Shown here: piece by piece, positions 29,726 through 38,673 of the stretch
Layout: every line of letters starts with the position of its first letter
Numbering within the stretch: the first letter of the stretch is position 1
Origin: SAR324 cluster bacterium
Lineage (GTDB): Bacteria > SAR324 > NAC60-12
DNA length: 64,000 nt
Direction: 5' to 3'
NCBI GenBank assembly: GCA_014382365.1
Contig: JACNJW010000035.1
Span: forward strand, 1,165-65,164
Notes under the pieces: generated by a model
Databases searched by the model: none
Told to the model about the DNA's origin: nothing
The model's input: the letters and a program-made list of their open reading frames with translations, nothing else
Translations under genes and position numbers: made by a program

Positions 29726-30787
29726 TTGCAAACAAGTGAACAAAAGTCCCACGGTAAAAATATAAAAACTGGGATCCTGCTGATAAATCTTGGTACACCT
29801 GATGCGCCACGGACACGTGAAGTACGTGCATATTTGAAAGAATTCTTTGCCAGTCGGCGGATTCTGGACATTAACCCTGTCTGGCGTTGGTTCTTGGTAA
29901 ACTTGCTGATACTACCTTTTCGCCCCAGACTCTCTGCAAAAGCCTATCAACAAATCTGGCTGGAAGATGGTTCTCCGTTTTTAGTCCATAGTCTGCAGTT
30001 GAAAAATTCACTGACTGAACAATTTGCTGCAGAAAATATTCCTGTTGAACTGGGAATGCAGTGTGGAAATCCCAGTTTGAAAAGTTCCCTGGAAAGGCTG
30101 AGAAGACTTGAATGTAACAATATTATCGTGCTACCACTTTATCCACAGTATGCCTCCAGTACATATGGTTCTGCAATAGAAGAGCTCTACAAAGAAATTA
30201 TAAATGACTGGAATATACCGTTTCTGCAAATCATTCCTCCTTTTTATTCTGATCCACGTTTTATTACTGCCTGGACAAAAGTGGGTTCAGCTTATCTTGA
30301 AAATGAACCGGACCATGTTTTGTTCAGTTTTCATAGTCTTCCGCTACGGCATTTACAGAAGAGTCACAGCAGTAAAACTTTCTGTAAGAATGAAAATGGC
30401 TGCTGTCTGGAATTAGTAAATGAGAACCGCAACTGTTATAGTGCTCAATGCTATCAGACAGCAAAATTAATTGCAGAAAATTTGAACTTGGAAGAAAATA
30501 AGTGGTCAGTGAGTTTTCAGTCCCGATTAGGACGAACGGAATGGATCAAACCATACACGGAAACACATCTCAGACAGCTTGCAGAACGAGGGGTCAAGAA
30601 AGCCTTGGTATTTTGTCCGTCATTTGTGACAGACAATCTGGAAACGCTTGAGGAAATTGGGATTCGGGCAGCGGTACATTTTCGTCAGTACGGAGGAGAA
30701 GAGCTTAAACTTGTACCATCTTTGAATAATAACCCGGAATGGGTTGAGGCTCTGAGCTCAATTATCAGGCAAAAATTAGCCTGCTGA
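29726..30787 (+). CDS. hemH: Ferrochelatase
   Basis: LLINLGTPDAP, LPLYPQYA, LFSFHSLP, FQSRLG..EW.KPYT, DNLETLEEI; exact start uncertain. Confidence 0.95.
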   Translation: MQTSEQKSHGKNIKTGILLINLGTPDAPRTREVRAYLKEFFASRRILDINPVWRWFLVNLLILPFRPRLSAKAYQQIWLEDGSPFLVHSLQLKNSLTEQFAAENIPVELGMQCGNPSLKSSLERLRRLECNNIIVLPLYPQYASSTYGSAIEELYKEIINDWNIPFLQIIPPFYSDPRFITAWTKVGSAYLENEPDHVLFSFHSLPLRHLQKSHSSKTFCKNENGCCLELVNENRNCYSAQCYQTAKLIAENLNLEENKWSVSFQSRLGRTEWIKPYTETHLRQLAERGVKKALVFCPSFVTDNLETLEEIGIRAAVHFRQYGGEELKLVPSLNNNPEWVEALSSIIRQKLAC

Positions 30788-30799
30788 TTTTACAAGTAT

Positions 30800-31786
30800 T
30801 TATTTTTTCCAAAGTAAATATACTTTGGCACTCATGCCTGCCCTCAATTTGTGATCCTTGTTGTCTGCTTTGACAAATATCGGGAAGCGTCCTGTTTCCG
30901 GATCTGCGGACCATGAAATTCGTTCTATTGTTCCAGAAAATTTGGTGTTCTGATAACCTGGTGTAGTAAAGACAACTGACTGCCCCTCACTTATATTAGG
31001 TAGATCTTCTTCTCCCACCTGTATTCCAATTTCCACCTGAGTGATGTCTATAATTTGAAAAAGAACTGCGCCTGGAGTGATCACTTCTCCCTCTTCAAAA
31101 AATTTTGCAGTAATAATTCCTGTAATTTTTGCTTTGATTTGAGTGTCTCCCAGAGTTTCCTCACGAAGTGCAACATCATGTTTAGAACGCTCCACCGCTA
31201 AACGAGCATTTTCCACTCCCAACTGAGCACGCTTAACTTCCTGCTCCGTTCGCTTTAAACCAAGTATAACGTTTTTTAGTGCCAATTCTCCTCGATTGTA
31301 CTGTAACTGCAATGACTCTAATTGTGAACGGGTAGAGGAACCTTGATTAAATAAAGTTTTTTCATCTAACAACCTGCGTTGAATGTCCTTCAAATTTGTT
31401 TCCAAATCTTTGACATTATTAACACTGACTGCAATTTGTACTTTTGCCAAATTGAGTTGTACTTCACGATCAGCCACACTATTTTCATTAACTTTGTGCT
31501 GCAATCGGGTTAATTCCAGTTGCCGTTTCTGTGTTTCATGATGGAGTGTGAGCAGCAACTGATCTTTGGCAACAGTTTGATTCTCTTTTACATGAATAGC
31601 CGTAACTCTTCCGCCAACACTGGCCTGAACTTTCAGGGTTTCTGCTGCCTGAATTATGCCGGAAAGAGAAATTGGATTCTGCACGTAATCTGCAGCTTTT
31701 GTTTCCAGTGAAGTTGCTGACGTTGACAAAGGTAAAACTAAAACTAGCGCTAATGAATTACAGAAAATTTTTAGACGAATAAACAT
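30800..31786 (-). CDS. Efflux periplasmic adaptor (RND/MacA-type MFP)
   Basis: Signal peptide, lipoyl half GGRV.AIHVKE, long coiled coil, I.AKITG, LRAGMSA. Confidence 0.85.
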   Translation of the reverse strand: MFIRLKIFCNSLALVLVLPLSTSATSLETKAADYVQNPISLSGIIQAAETLKVQASVGGRVTAIHVKENQTVAKDQLLLTLHHETQKRQLELTRLQHKVNENSVADREVQLNLAKVQIAVSVNNVKDLETNLKDIQRRLLDEKTLFNQGSSTRSQLESLQLQYNRGELALKNVILGLKRTEQEVKRAQLGVENARLAVERSKHDVALREETLGDTQIKAKITGIITAKFFEEGEVITPGAVLFQIIDITQVEIGIQVGEEDLPNISEGQSVVFTTPGYQNTKFSGTIERISWSADPETGRFPIFVKADNKDHKLRAGMSAKVYLLWKK

Positions 31787-31823
31787 ATAACTCCTCTTTT
31801 AAAAATGTGAAAAATATTATTTT

Positions 31824-33398
31824 TTAATTCAACTCGTACTGCTCATAAAATCCTCCAGCCAAAGCCAGTAATTCTACTCGGACTTTCTCTTGACGAATCC
31901 GGATAAGGATTAGCTGCTGTTGTGCTTCCACCACATCCTGTTGATACTGTGAAATTCGATAGCTGGTACTTTTACCTAACTTGAAGCGCTCAATTTCATT
32001 ACGTAACTGATCTTGAGAAAGCAGACTCACTGCTGATGCAGTTGTTTGTTCCTTCTCAATCAAACTCAATGTACGTAATAAAGATTGTAAGTTGACATCC
32101 AACTGAGATTTACGATCCTCTATCTGCAGAATTAGCTGTTGCTGCTCCAGACGTTTGCGCTGGATGTTTTCACTGGTAGCCTGATCTCCCAATGGAACGT
32201 TCCAGGTCAGTGTTGCACTCAAACCATGAAGTTTGCTTTTAGCAAAATCGGCTGTTCCACCAAAAGCACTTTTGCTGTAACCATTTAAGATATAGGACAA
32301 GTTCAAGTCCAGGTTAGTCTTTTGTTTGTTAAATTCCTGTTCCAACTGCTGCCGATTTTGCTCCAATGTAGCTTTTGTCAATCCAATTTGGGAATCGTGC
32401 TGATAGATTTTTTCCAACAGCTCTGTAACATTCTCCGGAACGACAGACTTAGCTCCCGGCTTATCTACTGGAAAAAGACCAACAGGTAAGTTTTTCAAAT
32501 TAAGTGCTGCACGAACCTGATCTTCGACGCGCAGAGCGTCTAATCTTGACGAAAGCAGGCCCTGACGATTCCGCATCAATTGAGTTTCAGTAACCCTGAC
32601 TTCAGTTGAACTCAACATACCTGCCTCAAGTTTTGCCTGATTGTCACGTAATAATTTTTCTGACAAATCTACTGCTTTCTTTTTAACCTCAATAGTTTCT
32701 AATATTCCAACTAAATCCCAATATATTGATGCAACTTGCTTAAGCAGAGACAATTCCGTTTGACTGGTATTCAGCCTTCCTCTGGTCAGACCAATTTCCG
32801 CCAACCGGACTGGTATTTCGTTAAATTCTGTACCCCAATCCTGAAAAATTGGTATCGAAATGCTGCTGGTTAAGCTAACCGTGTTCAGTACATCTCCAGT
32901 AGTTCCAGCAGTAACATCACCACCTAGTTCCGCCTGCGAAAGAGTTGTTGATTTTTTGCTTTTTTCAGAATAAGTCAGGCCATAAGTCAAACCGCTGTCA
33001 GTACGCTGACTGTATGCAGAAGAAAAAGATATGCTGTTGGTACTGCTTCCGCAAAGTTCTGCGGGAGAACAACTTGAAGAGGCGGTTAGAGCTGGGGTAT
33101 TGGAGTAAGCAAAACTCGTTGTAATGCTGGGAGTGTTTCTTTCTTCTGCCGCATTCACGGCACGTTGTGCTGCATCGTTACCAAGTTTTGAGACCTTCAG
33201 CAAAATGCTCCTGTCAATTGCCAGCTGCAATACTAGTTTAAGCGGGACTTCCGCCATTTCGCGGCCGTCCACTGTTATCAAGTTAACCTGTTTCAACAGC
33301 TGGGCAGTTGCAGTCTGTGCATGAACTGGAGCTGTACCTGCAAAGACAAACAACAATAGAAAAAACATTTGTATTTTTATTAATTTTTTCAAATACAT
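31824..33398 (-). CDS. TolC-family outer-membrane efflux protein
   Basis: Signal peptide (PVHA-Q), L...LQLA, V...YWDL, EAG..S..EV, E.ERF.LG.ST; two-repeat OEP architecture. Confidence 0.85.
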   Translation of the reverse strand: MYLKKLIKIQMFFLLLFVFAGTAPVHAQTATAQLLKQVNLITVDGREMAEVPLKLVLQLAIDRSILLKVSKLGNDAAQRAVNAAEERNTPSITTSFAYSNTPALTASSSCSPAELCGSSTNSISFSSAYSQRTDSGLTYGLTYSEKSKKSTTLSQAELGGDVTAGTTGDVLNTVSLTSSISIPIFQDWGTEFNEIPVRLAEIGLTRGRLNTSQTELSLLKQVASIYWDLVGILETIEVKKKAVDLSEKLLRDNQAKLEAGMLSSTEVRVTETQLMRNRQGLLSSRLDALRVEDQVRAALNLKNLPVGLFPVDKPGAKSVVPENVTELLEKIYQHDSQIGLTKATLEQNRQQLEQEFNKQKTNLDLNLSYILNGYSKSAFGGTADFAKSKLHGLSATLTWNVPLGDQATSENIQRKRLEQQQLILQIEDRKSQLDVNLQSLLRTLSLIEKEQTTASAVSLLSQDQLRNEIERFKLGKSTSYRISQYQQDVVEAQQQLILIRIRQEKVRVELLALAGGFYEQYELN

Positions 33399-33715
33399 CC
33401 TTTGCTGTAAGAGAAATACGAAACTGTTTTGTTTAACATTTCAGTTTCAAGTTAAATCCAGTTTAGCTCAAGTTTAAGCAGAAATCATTTCTGCAGTGTA
33501 ACGAATTGTATCCACTGAAGCTACTTTACACTTCAGTTTCACACAATCATAAGGAGCGCTTTATTCTGCATTTTTATTGATTTAATTACAAGTTTTATGC
33601 TATTTCTAGCATTACTTATTTTGTAAATATAAACCTCAGTGCTGAGTCATAAATGCAAAATTATAGCACATCATATCTTAACAATAGTTTTGCTTCACAC
33701 ATTATGAGTTAAATC

Positions 33716-34120
33716 ATGGCCGACAAAACAACTTTATCTGAAGAAGACTGGCAAGAGCGGTTAACTCCGGAACAATTTGAAATCTGTAGAAAAAAAGGTA
33801 CTGAAAGACCATTCAGTGGAGATTATGTTGAGACAAAAAACAAAGGCACATACCATTGTTCCTGTTGCGGAAATGAATTATTTAAATCTGAAGAAAAATT
33901 TGATTCTGGTTCCGGCTGGCCCAGTTTTTGGGATTCAATAGGTGAAGACAAGGTACGAACACAGGAGGATCATAGTTTGTTCAGGCAGAGGACGGAAGTA
34001 CTTTGCAGTCAGTGTGACGCACATTTAGGCCACGTTTTTGAGGATGGCCCACTGCCGACAGGTTTACGCTATTGCATAAATTCTGTTTCACTCGTTTTTG
34101 AGGAAGACAAGGAATCTTGA
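33716..34120 (+). CDS. msrB: Peptide-methionine (R)-S-oxide reductase
   Basis: [35 protein letters not shown]. Confidence 0.97.
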   Translation: MADKTTLSEEDWQERLTPEQFEICRKKGTERPFSGDYVETKNKGTYHCSCCGNELFKSEEKFDSGSGWPSFWDSIGEDKVRTQEDHSLFRQRTEVLCSQCDAHLGHVFEDGPLPTGLRYCINSVSLVFEEDKES

Positions 34121-34187
34121 TCTGGCGCCCTTTTCCTGTCAGAATAAGAAGATCGACTTAACTATTCTAAATTACAATTTGAAGCAA

Positions 34188-34733
34188 ATGAAAATCTGTT
34201 CCGATGTGGATGGAGTAATCCTGGATTACATTCAGGGATTTATTGATTTCACAAAAAGAGAAAATATCCCCTACACACACAATCCAGAACTTTATGGTGT
34301 CATCCGGAATTTTCCCGACAACTTTCAGGTCAGGGATCAATTTCATGCAGGAGATTCATTGTGCCGTTTAAACTTTATTACCGGCTCACTCGAAACATTG
34401 AATTTACTGGCCAGTGTGCATGAATTACATCTCGTTACTGCTTTGGAACCTGAACAGTCTCTAAAACGTGCTGAGAATTTAAAAACTCTTAACTATGACT
34501 CTTTACAGTGTGTTGGTGATCAACGCAAAGAACAAATTATAGTCGAAGAGCTTCAGCCGGATGTAATGATTGAAGATCGTCCGGAGTTGATCGAAGCATT
34601 TCATCTTGCTGGGCTAAAAGTAATTTTTCCCGACTGGCATCCCTACACAAAAGGAATGGAGCGTTTTGCAACTCCTTTTTCCTGCTGGGAGGAAGTTCCG
34701 GATTTGCTCAAACAAGCTGTTCATCCAAATTAA
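34188..34733 (+). CDS. HAD-superfamily hydrolase, 5'(3')-deoxyribonucleotidase-like
   Basis: Motif I DVDGVILD right after ATG 34188, LVTA motif II, K, IEDR motif IV, W..V end. Confidence 0.7.
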   Translation: MKICSDVDGVILDYIQGFIDFTKRENIPYTHNPELYGVIRNFPDNFQVRDQFHAGDSLCRLNFITGSLETLNLLASVHELHLVTALEPEQSLKRAENLKTLNYDSLQCVGDQRKEQIIVEELQPDVMIEDRPELIEAFHLAGLKVIFPDWHPYTKGMERFATPFSCWEEVPDLLKQAVHPN

Positions 34734-34769
34734 TATTATAATTATTTTTCTTCAACTGAAAGTTAGTTC

Positions 34770-35426
34770 ATGTCACATATTTATTCAATATATTTTGCAG
34801 GTGATTTGTTTAACCACAAGGATCTGGTCGGCAACCTGCTGCTCTCTGAGGCTATCGAAAAAGAGTCAGCTGGACGCTATGTCTGTGTTGTACCTCAACA
34901 TCTTGAACAAAGCACCAGTCGTTCTGTTGATATCCGCAACAATGATTTAAGTGAAGTTGTTAAAGCAGACTTAATCCTTGTCAATTTTGATGGTACCGAG
35001 CTCGATTCAGGAACAGTAATCGAATTTTTGTTTGCCAAAGCACTCGACATACCCGCTGTTATTTTGCGTTCTGATTTCCGCTCAGCAGGTGACCAGGAAC
35101 GTGGTGACCCTTGGAATTTGATGTGCTCCGGCTATCCACGCACGCGCACAGTAACTTTGAATGCCATGACCTGGTATCAGGAAGCCTGGAACGAAGGTGG
35201 TGGCACCTCTGCTGTGCTTGCACGTTTCTACCAGAAATTATCAAAAACCATCAATGCTGAATTTGAGCTCGTACTCAAAGAAAACTCTCTGATTGACAGT
35301 GAACAAATGCTGCAGAATGTCTATGAGTGGGCTTTGCGTTTTCCTGGAAATGGTTTCTCTGATTTGTTTAGTGAAGAAGAACTCAGGACCTTGCTTGAGA
35401 ATAAAAAAAATAAAAACTCAGTCTAA
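34770..35426 (+). CDS. Nucleoside 2-deoxyribosyltransferase / nucleotide N-glycosidase family protein
   Basis: IYFAG.LF, PQ, D...V.KAD....NFDG.ELDSGT..E, R.DFR, WNLM. Confidence 0.85.
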   Translation: MSHIYSIYFAGDLFNHKDLVGNLLLSEAIEKESAGRYVCVVPQHLEQSTSRSVDIRNNDLSEVVKADLILVNFDGTELDSGTVIEFLFAKALDIPAVILRSDFRSAGDQERGDPWNLMCSGYPRTRTVTLNAMTWYQEAWNEGGGTSAVLARFYQKLSKTINAEFELVLKENSLIDSEQMLQNVYEWALRFPGNGFSDLFSEEELRTLLENKKNKNSV

Positions 35427-35445
35427 TTTAACTAATAAGTTTTAA

Positions 35446-36879
35446 ATGCAATTTGAGCCTGTCATCGGTTTGGAGATTCATGTCCAGTTGGCAACTGCAT
35501 CCAAAATATTTTGCAGTTGTTCCACAGAGTTTGGTAAACCTCCAAATTCAAATACTTGTCCGGTTTGTCTGGGGTTACCTGGAGCACTGCCCGTACTGAA
35601 CCGCAGGGTTCCAGAATTTGCAGCACAACTTGGACTTGCTTTGAACTGTGAAATCCGGTTGGATTCGCAATTTGCACGTAAAAACTATTTCTATCCCGAC
35701 TTGCCAAAAGCCTATCAGGTTTCGCAATTTGACCGGCCAATTTGTGAAAATGGCTGGCTGGAAATTGAAACAGAATCCAGAGGTAAAAGTCGAATCGGTA
35801 TCACTCGAATACACATGGAAGAAGATGCAGGAAAACTGGTTCATGCAGAAGGTAGTGATGAAAGTTTGGTTGATTTAAATCGTGCTGGTGTACCTTTACT
35901 GGAAATAGTAAGTGAACCGGATGTCCGATCTGCAGAAGAAGCCAAAGCCTACATGGAGAAAATCCATGCAATTGTCACTGCAATCGGTGTTTCTGATGGT
36001 GATATGGAAAAGGGGCACTTGCGTTGTGATGCCAATGTTTCATTGCGTCCGCATGGACAAAAAGAATTTGGAACCCGGACAGAAACTAAAAACCTGAATT
36101 CTTTTCGCTTTGTGCAACAGGCAGTAGTATACGAAATAGAAAGACAGCGCGAAGAAATTCTGGATGGCAAAACAATTGTACAGGAAACCAGGCTCTGGGA
36201 CACCGACCGTAAAATCACTTTCAGTATGCGTTCCAAAGAAGAAGCCGATGAATACCGCTATTTTCCTGATCCGGATTTGCCTATAGTAGAGCTTTCTGCA
36301 GAACTAGTGGAAACTTTTCGGAAAAATCTTCCGGAACTTCCTGAAGCAAAACAGCAGCGTTTTATGGCAGAACTCGGCTTAAACAATTATGATGCAAAAG
36401 TACTTTCTGCAGGACGTGAAATGTCAGAGTATTTTGAAAAAGTACTGACTCATGGTGCAGCACCAAAACTTGCCTGTAACTGGATAATTGGTGATTTGAC
36501 TCGTGTCATGAATGAATCCGGAAAATCACTCAGTGAAATCGGCCTTCTTCCGGAGCATTTGGCAGACTTGACTAAACTTATTGAAAAAGGTGAGATCAGC
36601 AGCAAAATTGCAAAAACCATCTTTGAGGAAATGCTTGTCTCGGCAAAAACTCCTGCACTGATTGTTGAAGAAAAAGGCTTGAAACAAGTTTCAGATGAGG
36701 CAGAGCTTGGCAGAATTGTTGATGAACTGCTTGTTGCAAACCAGCAGCAGGTAGAGCAGTATCGGACTGGAAAAACACAATTGCTGGGTTTCTTTGTAGG
36801 ACAGATGATGAAACAAACTCGAGGAAAAGGTAACCCTGCTGTAATTAACCGGCTGTTGAAGGAGAAACTTGATGTTTAG
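35446..36879 (+). CDS. gatB: Asp/Glu-tRNA amidotransferase subunit B
   Basis: [52 protein letters not shown]. Confidence 0.98.
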   Translation: MQFEPVIGLEIHVQLATASKIFCSCSTEFGKPPNSNTCPVCLGLPGALPVLNRRVPEFAAQLGLALNCEIRLDSQFARKNYFYPDLPKAYQVSQFDRPICENGWLEIETESRGKSRIGITRIHMEEDAGKLVHAEGSDESLVDLNRAGVPLLEIVSEPDVRSAEEAKAYMEKIHAIVTAIGVSDGDMEKGHLRCDANVSLRPHGQKEFGTRTETKNLNSFRFVQQAVVYEIERQREEILDGKTIVQETRLWDTDRKITFSMRSKEEADEYRYFPDPDLPIVELSAELVETFRKNLPELPEAKQQRFMAELGLNNYDAKVLSAGREMSEYFEKVLTHGAAPKLACNWIIGDLTRVMNESGKSLSEIGLLPEHLADLTKLIEKGEISSKIAKTIFEEMLVSAKTPALIVEEKGLKQVSDEAELGRIVDELLVANQQQVEQYRTGKTQLLGFFVGQMMKQTRGKGNPAVINRLLKEKLDV

Positions 36880-37570
36880 CCTGAAAAAAACAATTTTATT
36901 TTTAGAATGGACATCAATTTTAGGACTGCTGGTCTGTGGACTGTGGGTATTTTTAAAGCTACCAATGGAAACCAGTCAGGGATTTCCACAAAAAATTATG
37001 TATCTGCATGTGCCTTCAGTGATTACGACATATCTGGCATTTTTTGTTGTCTTTGTTTACAGCATCGCCTATCTTTGGAAACGAGAGTTGATGTTTGATC
37101 AGATGGCAAAAGCCTCTGCAGAGGTTGGTTTGGTTTTTTGTGCACTTGTTCTGGTAACAGGTGCAATCTGGGGACGGCCGACCTGGGGAACCTACTGGGT
37201 TTGGGATGCACGCCTGACCACAACTCTGCTCTTGTTTTTAATTTTTATGGGCTACTTCCTGTTACGGATGTCGGTTAATGATCGAGATAAAGAAGCCCGT
37301 CTGGCTGCAGTTTTAGGTATTATCGGTTTTTTAGATATTCCCATAATTCACAAATCAGTTGAATGGTGGCGGACCTTGCACCAGCCCTCAACTCTATTTA
37401 AGACCGATTCTGGAGAAGCAAAACCGTCGATGCCTCCGGAATTGTTATATCCGCTTCTGGCATCAATATTAATTATGTTGGCTTTTTATCTCTACTTACT
37501 GCTCATGCGTTTTGAGGCAGAAAAACGCCAGGATGAACTGAATCAACTACTTGCTGAAACACAGGATTAA
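36872..37570 (+). CDS. ccmC: Cytochrome c biogenesis heme exporter C
   Basis: MYLHVP, WWD motif [31 protein letters not shown]. Confidence 0.95.
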   Translation: MFSLKKTILFLEWTSILGLLVCGLWVFLKLPMETSQGFPQKIMYLHVPSVITTYLAFFVVFVYSIAYLWKRELMFDQMAKASAEVGLVFCALVLVTGAIWGRPTWGTYWVWDARLTTTLLLFLIFMGYFLLRMSVNDRDKEARLAAVLGIIGFLDIPIIHKSVEWWRTLHQPSTLFKTDSGEAKPSMPPELLYPLLASILIMLAFYLYLLLMRFEAEKRQDELNQLLAETQD

Positions 37571-37735
37571 ATGCTAATAGGTTTAGAATACGTTATAGCT
37601 GCATATGTAATTTGGCTCAGCACATTTGTAATTTATATATTATTGACAAAACGGCGGTTGAAAATCGTAAACTCATCCGTAGCTGCATTGCAGGAAAGAA
37701 AATCAAAAATTGATGATAACTCTGTAAATGTATAG
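37571..37735 (+). CDS. ccmD: Heme exporter protein D (54 aa, below the ORF-track cutoff)
   Basis: MLIGLEYVIAAYVIWLSTFVIYILLTKRRLK...; YV.AAY TM motif plus basic tail; ATG abuts the ccmC stop. Confidence 0.8.
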   Translation: MLIGLEYVIAAYVIWLSTFVIYILLTKRRLKIVNSSVAALQERKSKIDDNSVNV

Positions 37736-37753
37736 CCAAAAGCTTCAAAAACT

Positions 37754-38176
37754 ATGAGACATAAAATATCTTCTGCAGATAGAAATTTTTTAGCTGCTTT
37801 TGAATCCTGTGAACTTAGTACAGCAAATTTTCACCATCGTGAACACCTTCGTTTAGCTTACATTCTGCTGGTTCAACTTAGCTTAAATGATGCACAAAGC
37901 AAATTGAAAAAAGATCTGCTCCAATTCTTAGAATTTAATGGAATTAACAACACAAAATATCACGAAACACTTACCTGGGCCTGGCTCCTCGCTGTCAGGC
38001 ATTTTATGTGTAAATCCGAGCCAATGCAGGATTCAGAGTTGTTCATGAAGGACAATCAGATTTTGCTGGACAAAGAAATTATGTATACACACTACACCCA
38101 CAAACTGATAAACTCGGAGCTGGCACGAAAAACTGTGCTTGAAGCAGATCTGGAGCCAATCCCACTTTATGAGTGA
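37754..38176 (+). CDS. Conserved-looking hypothetical protein with His motifs
   Basis: F.H.EHLRLAY, KYHET.T.AW, HY...L..S..AR.....DL.P. Confidence 0.7.
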   Translation: MRHKISSADRNFLAAFESCELSTANFHHREHLRLAYILLVQLSLNDAQSKLKKDLLQFLEFNGINNTKYHETLTWAWLLAVRHFMCKSEPMQDSELFMKDNQILLDKEIMYTHYTHKLINSELARKTVLEADLEPIPLYE

Positions 38177-38202
38177 AATACAAAATTATTAATAAGAAAA
38201 CA

Positions 38203-38640
38203 ATGAAAACACGAACAAAATTCGTAATAGGAGGAGCAGTAATTATTGCAGTAATTACTGCATTATCGATCCAGAGTTTACAGGAAATGACGGTTTTCTT
38301 TTATACTCCTCAAGAAGTTCTGGCCAGTCCAAATGAGTTTGAAAACAAAACAATCCGCATTGGTGCACTTGTACAAAAGAGCAGTGTAGAATGGGATGCG
38401 CAAGCTATTAAACTTTCATTCAACATAACGGAAGACGGCAAAAAATTTATTCCAGTTATCTATGCCGGAGTTAAACCTGATTTGTTCCGTGAAGGACAGG
38501 GTGTTGTTGTTGAGGGGAAAATGCAGGGACAACATTTTGAAGCTCGACAATTGCTGGTCAAACACAGTGAAGAATATTCAGTTGAAACTGAACATCAGAA
38601 AACAAAAGAAGAATATTACAAATCGATTCAGACAAATTAA
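38203..38640 (+). CDS. ccmE: Heme chaperone CcmE
   Basis: N-terminal TM, FFYTP.E, IRIG.LV, V.Y.G..PDLFREGQGVVVEG, KHSEEY heme-binding HxxxY. Confidence 0.95.
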   Translation: MKTRTKFVIGGAVIIAVITALSIQSLQEMTVFFYTPQEVLASPNEFENKTIRIGALVQKSSVEWDAQAIKLSFNITEDGKKFIPVIYAGVKPDLFREGQGVVVEGKMQGQHFEARQLLVKHSEEYSVETEHQKTKEEYYKSIQTN

Positions 38641-38673
38641 CCCCAGGAATCGTGGAACATTAGACAGAAGTTA

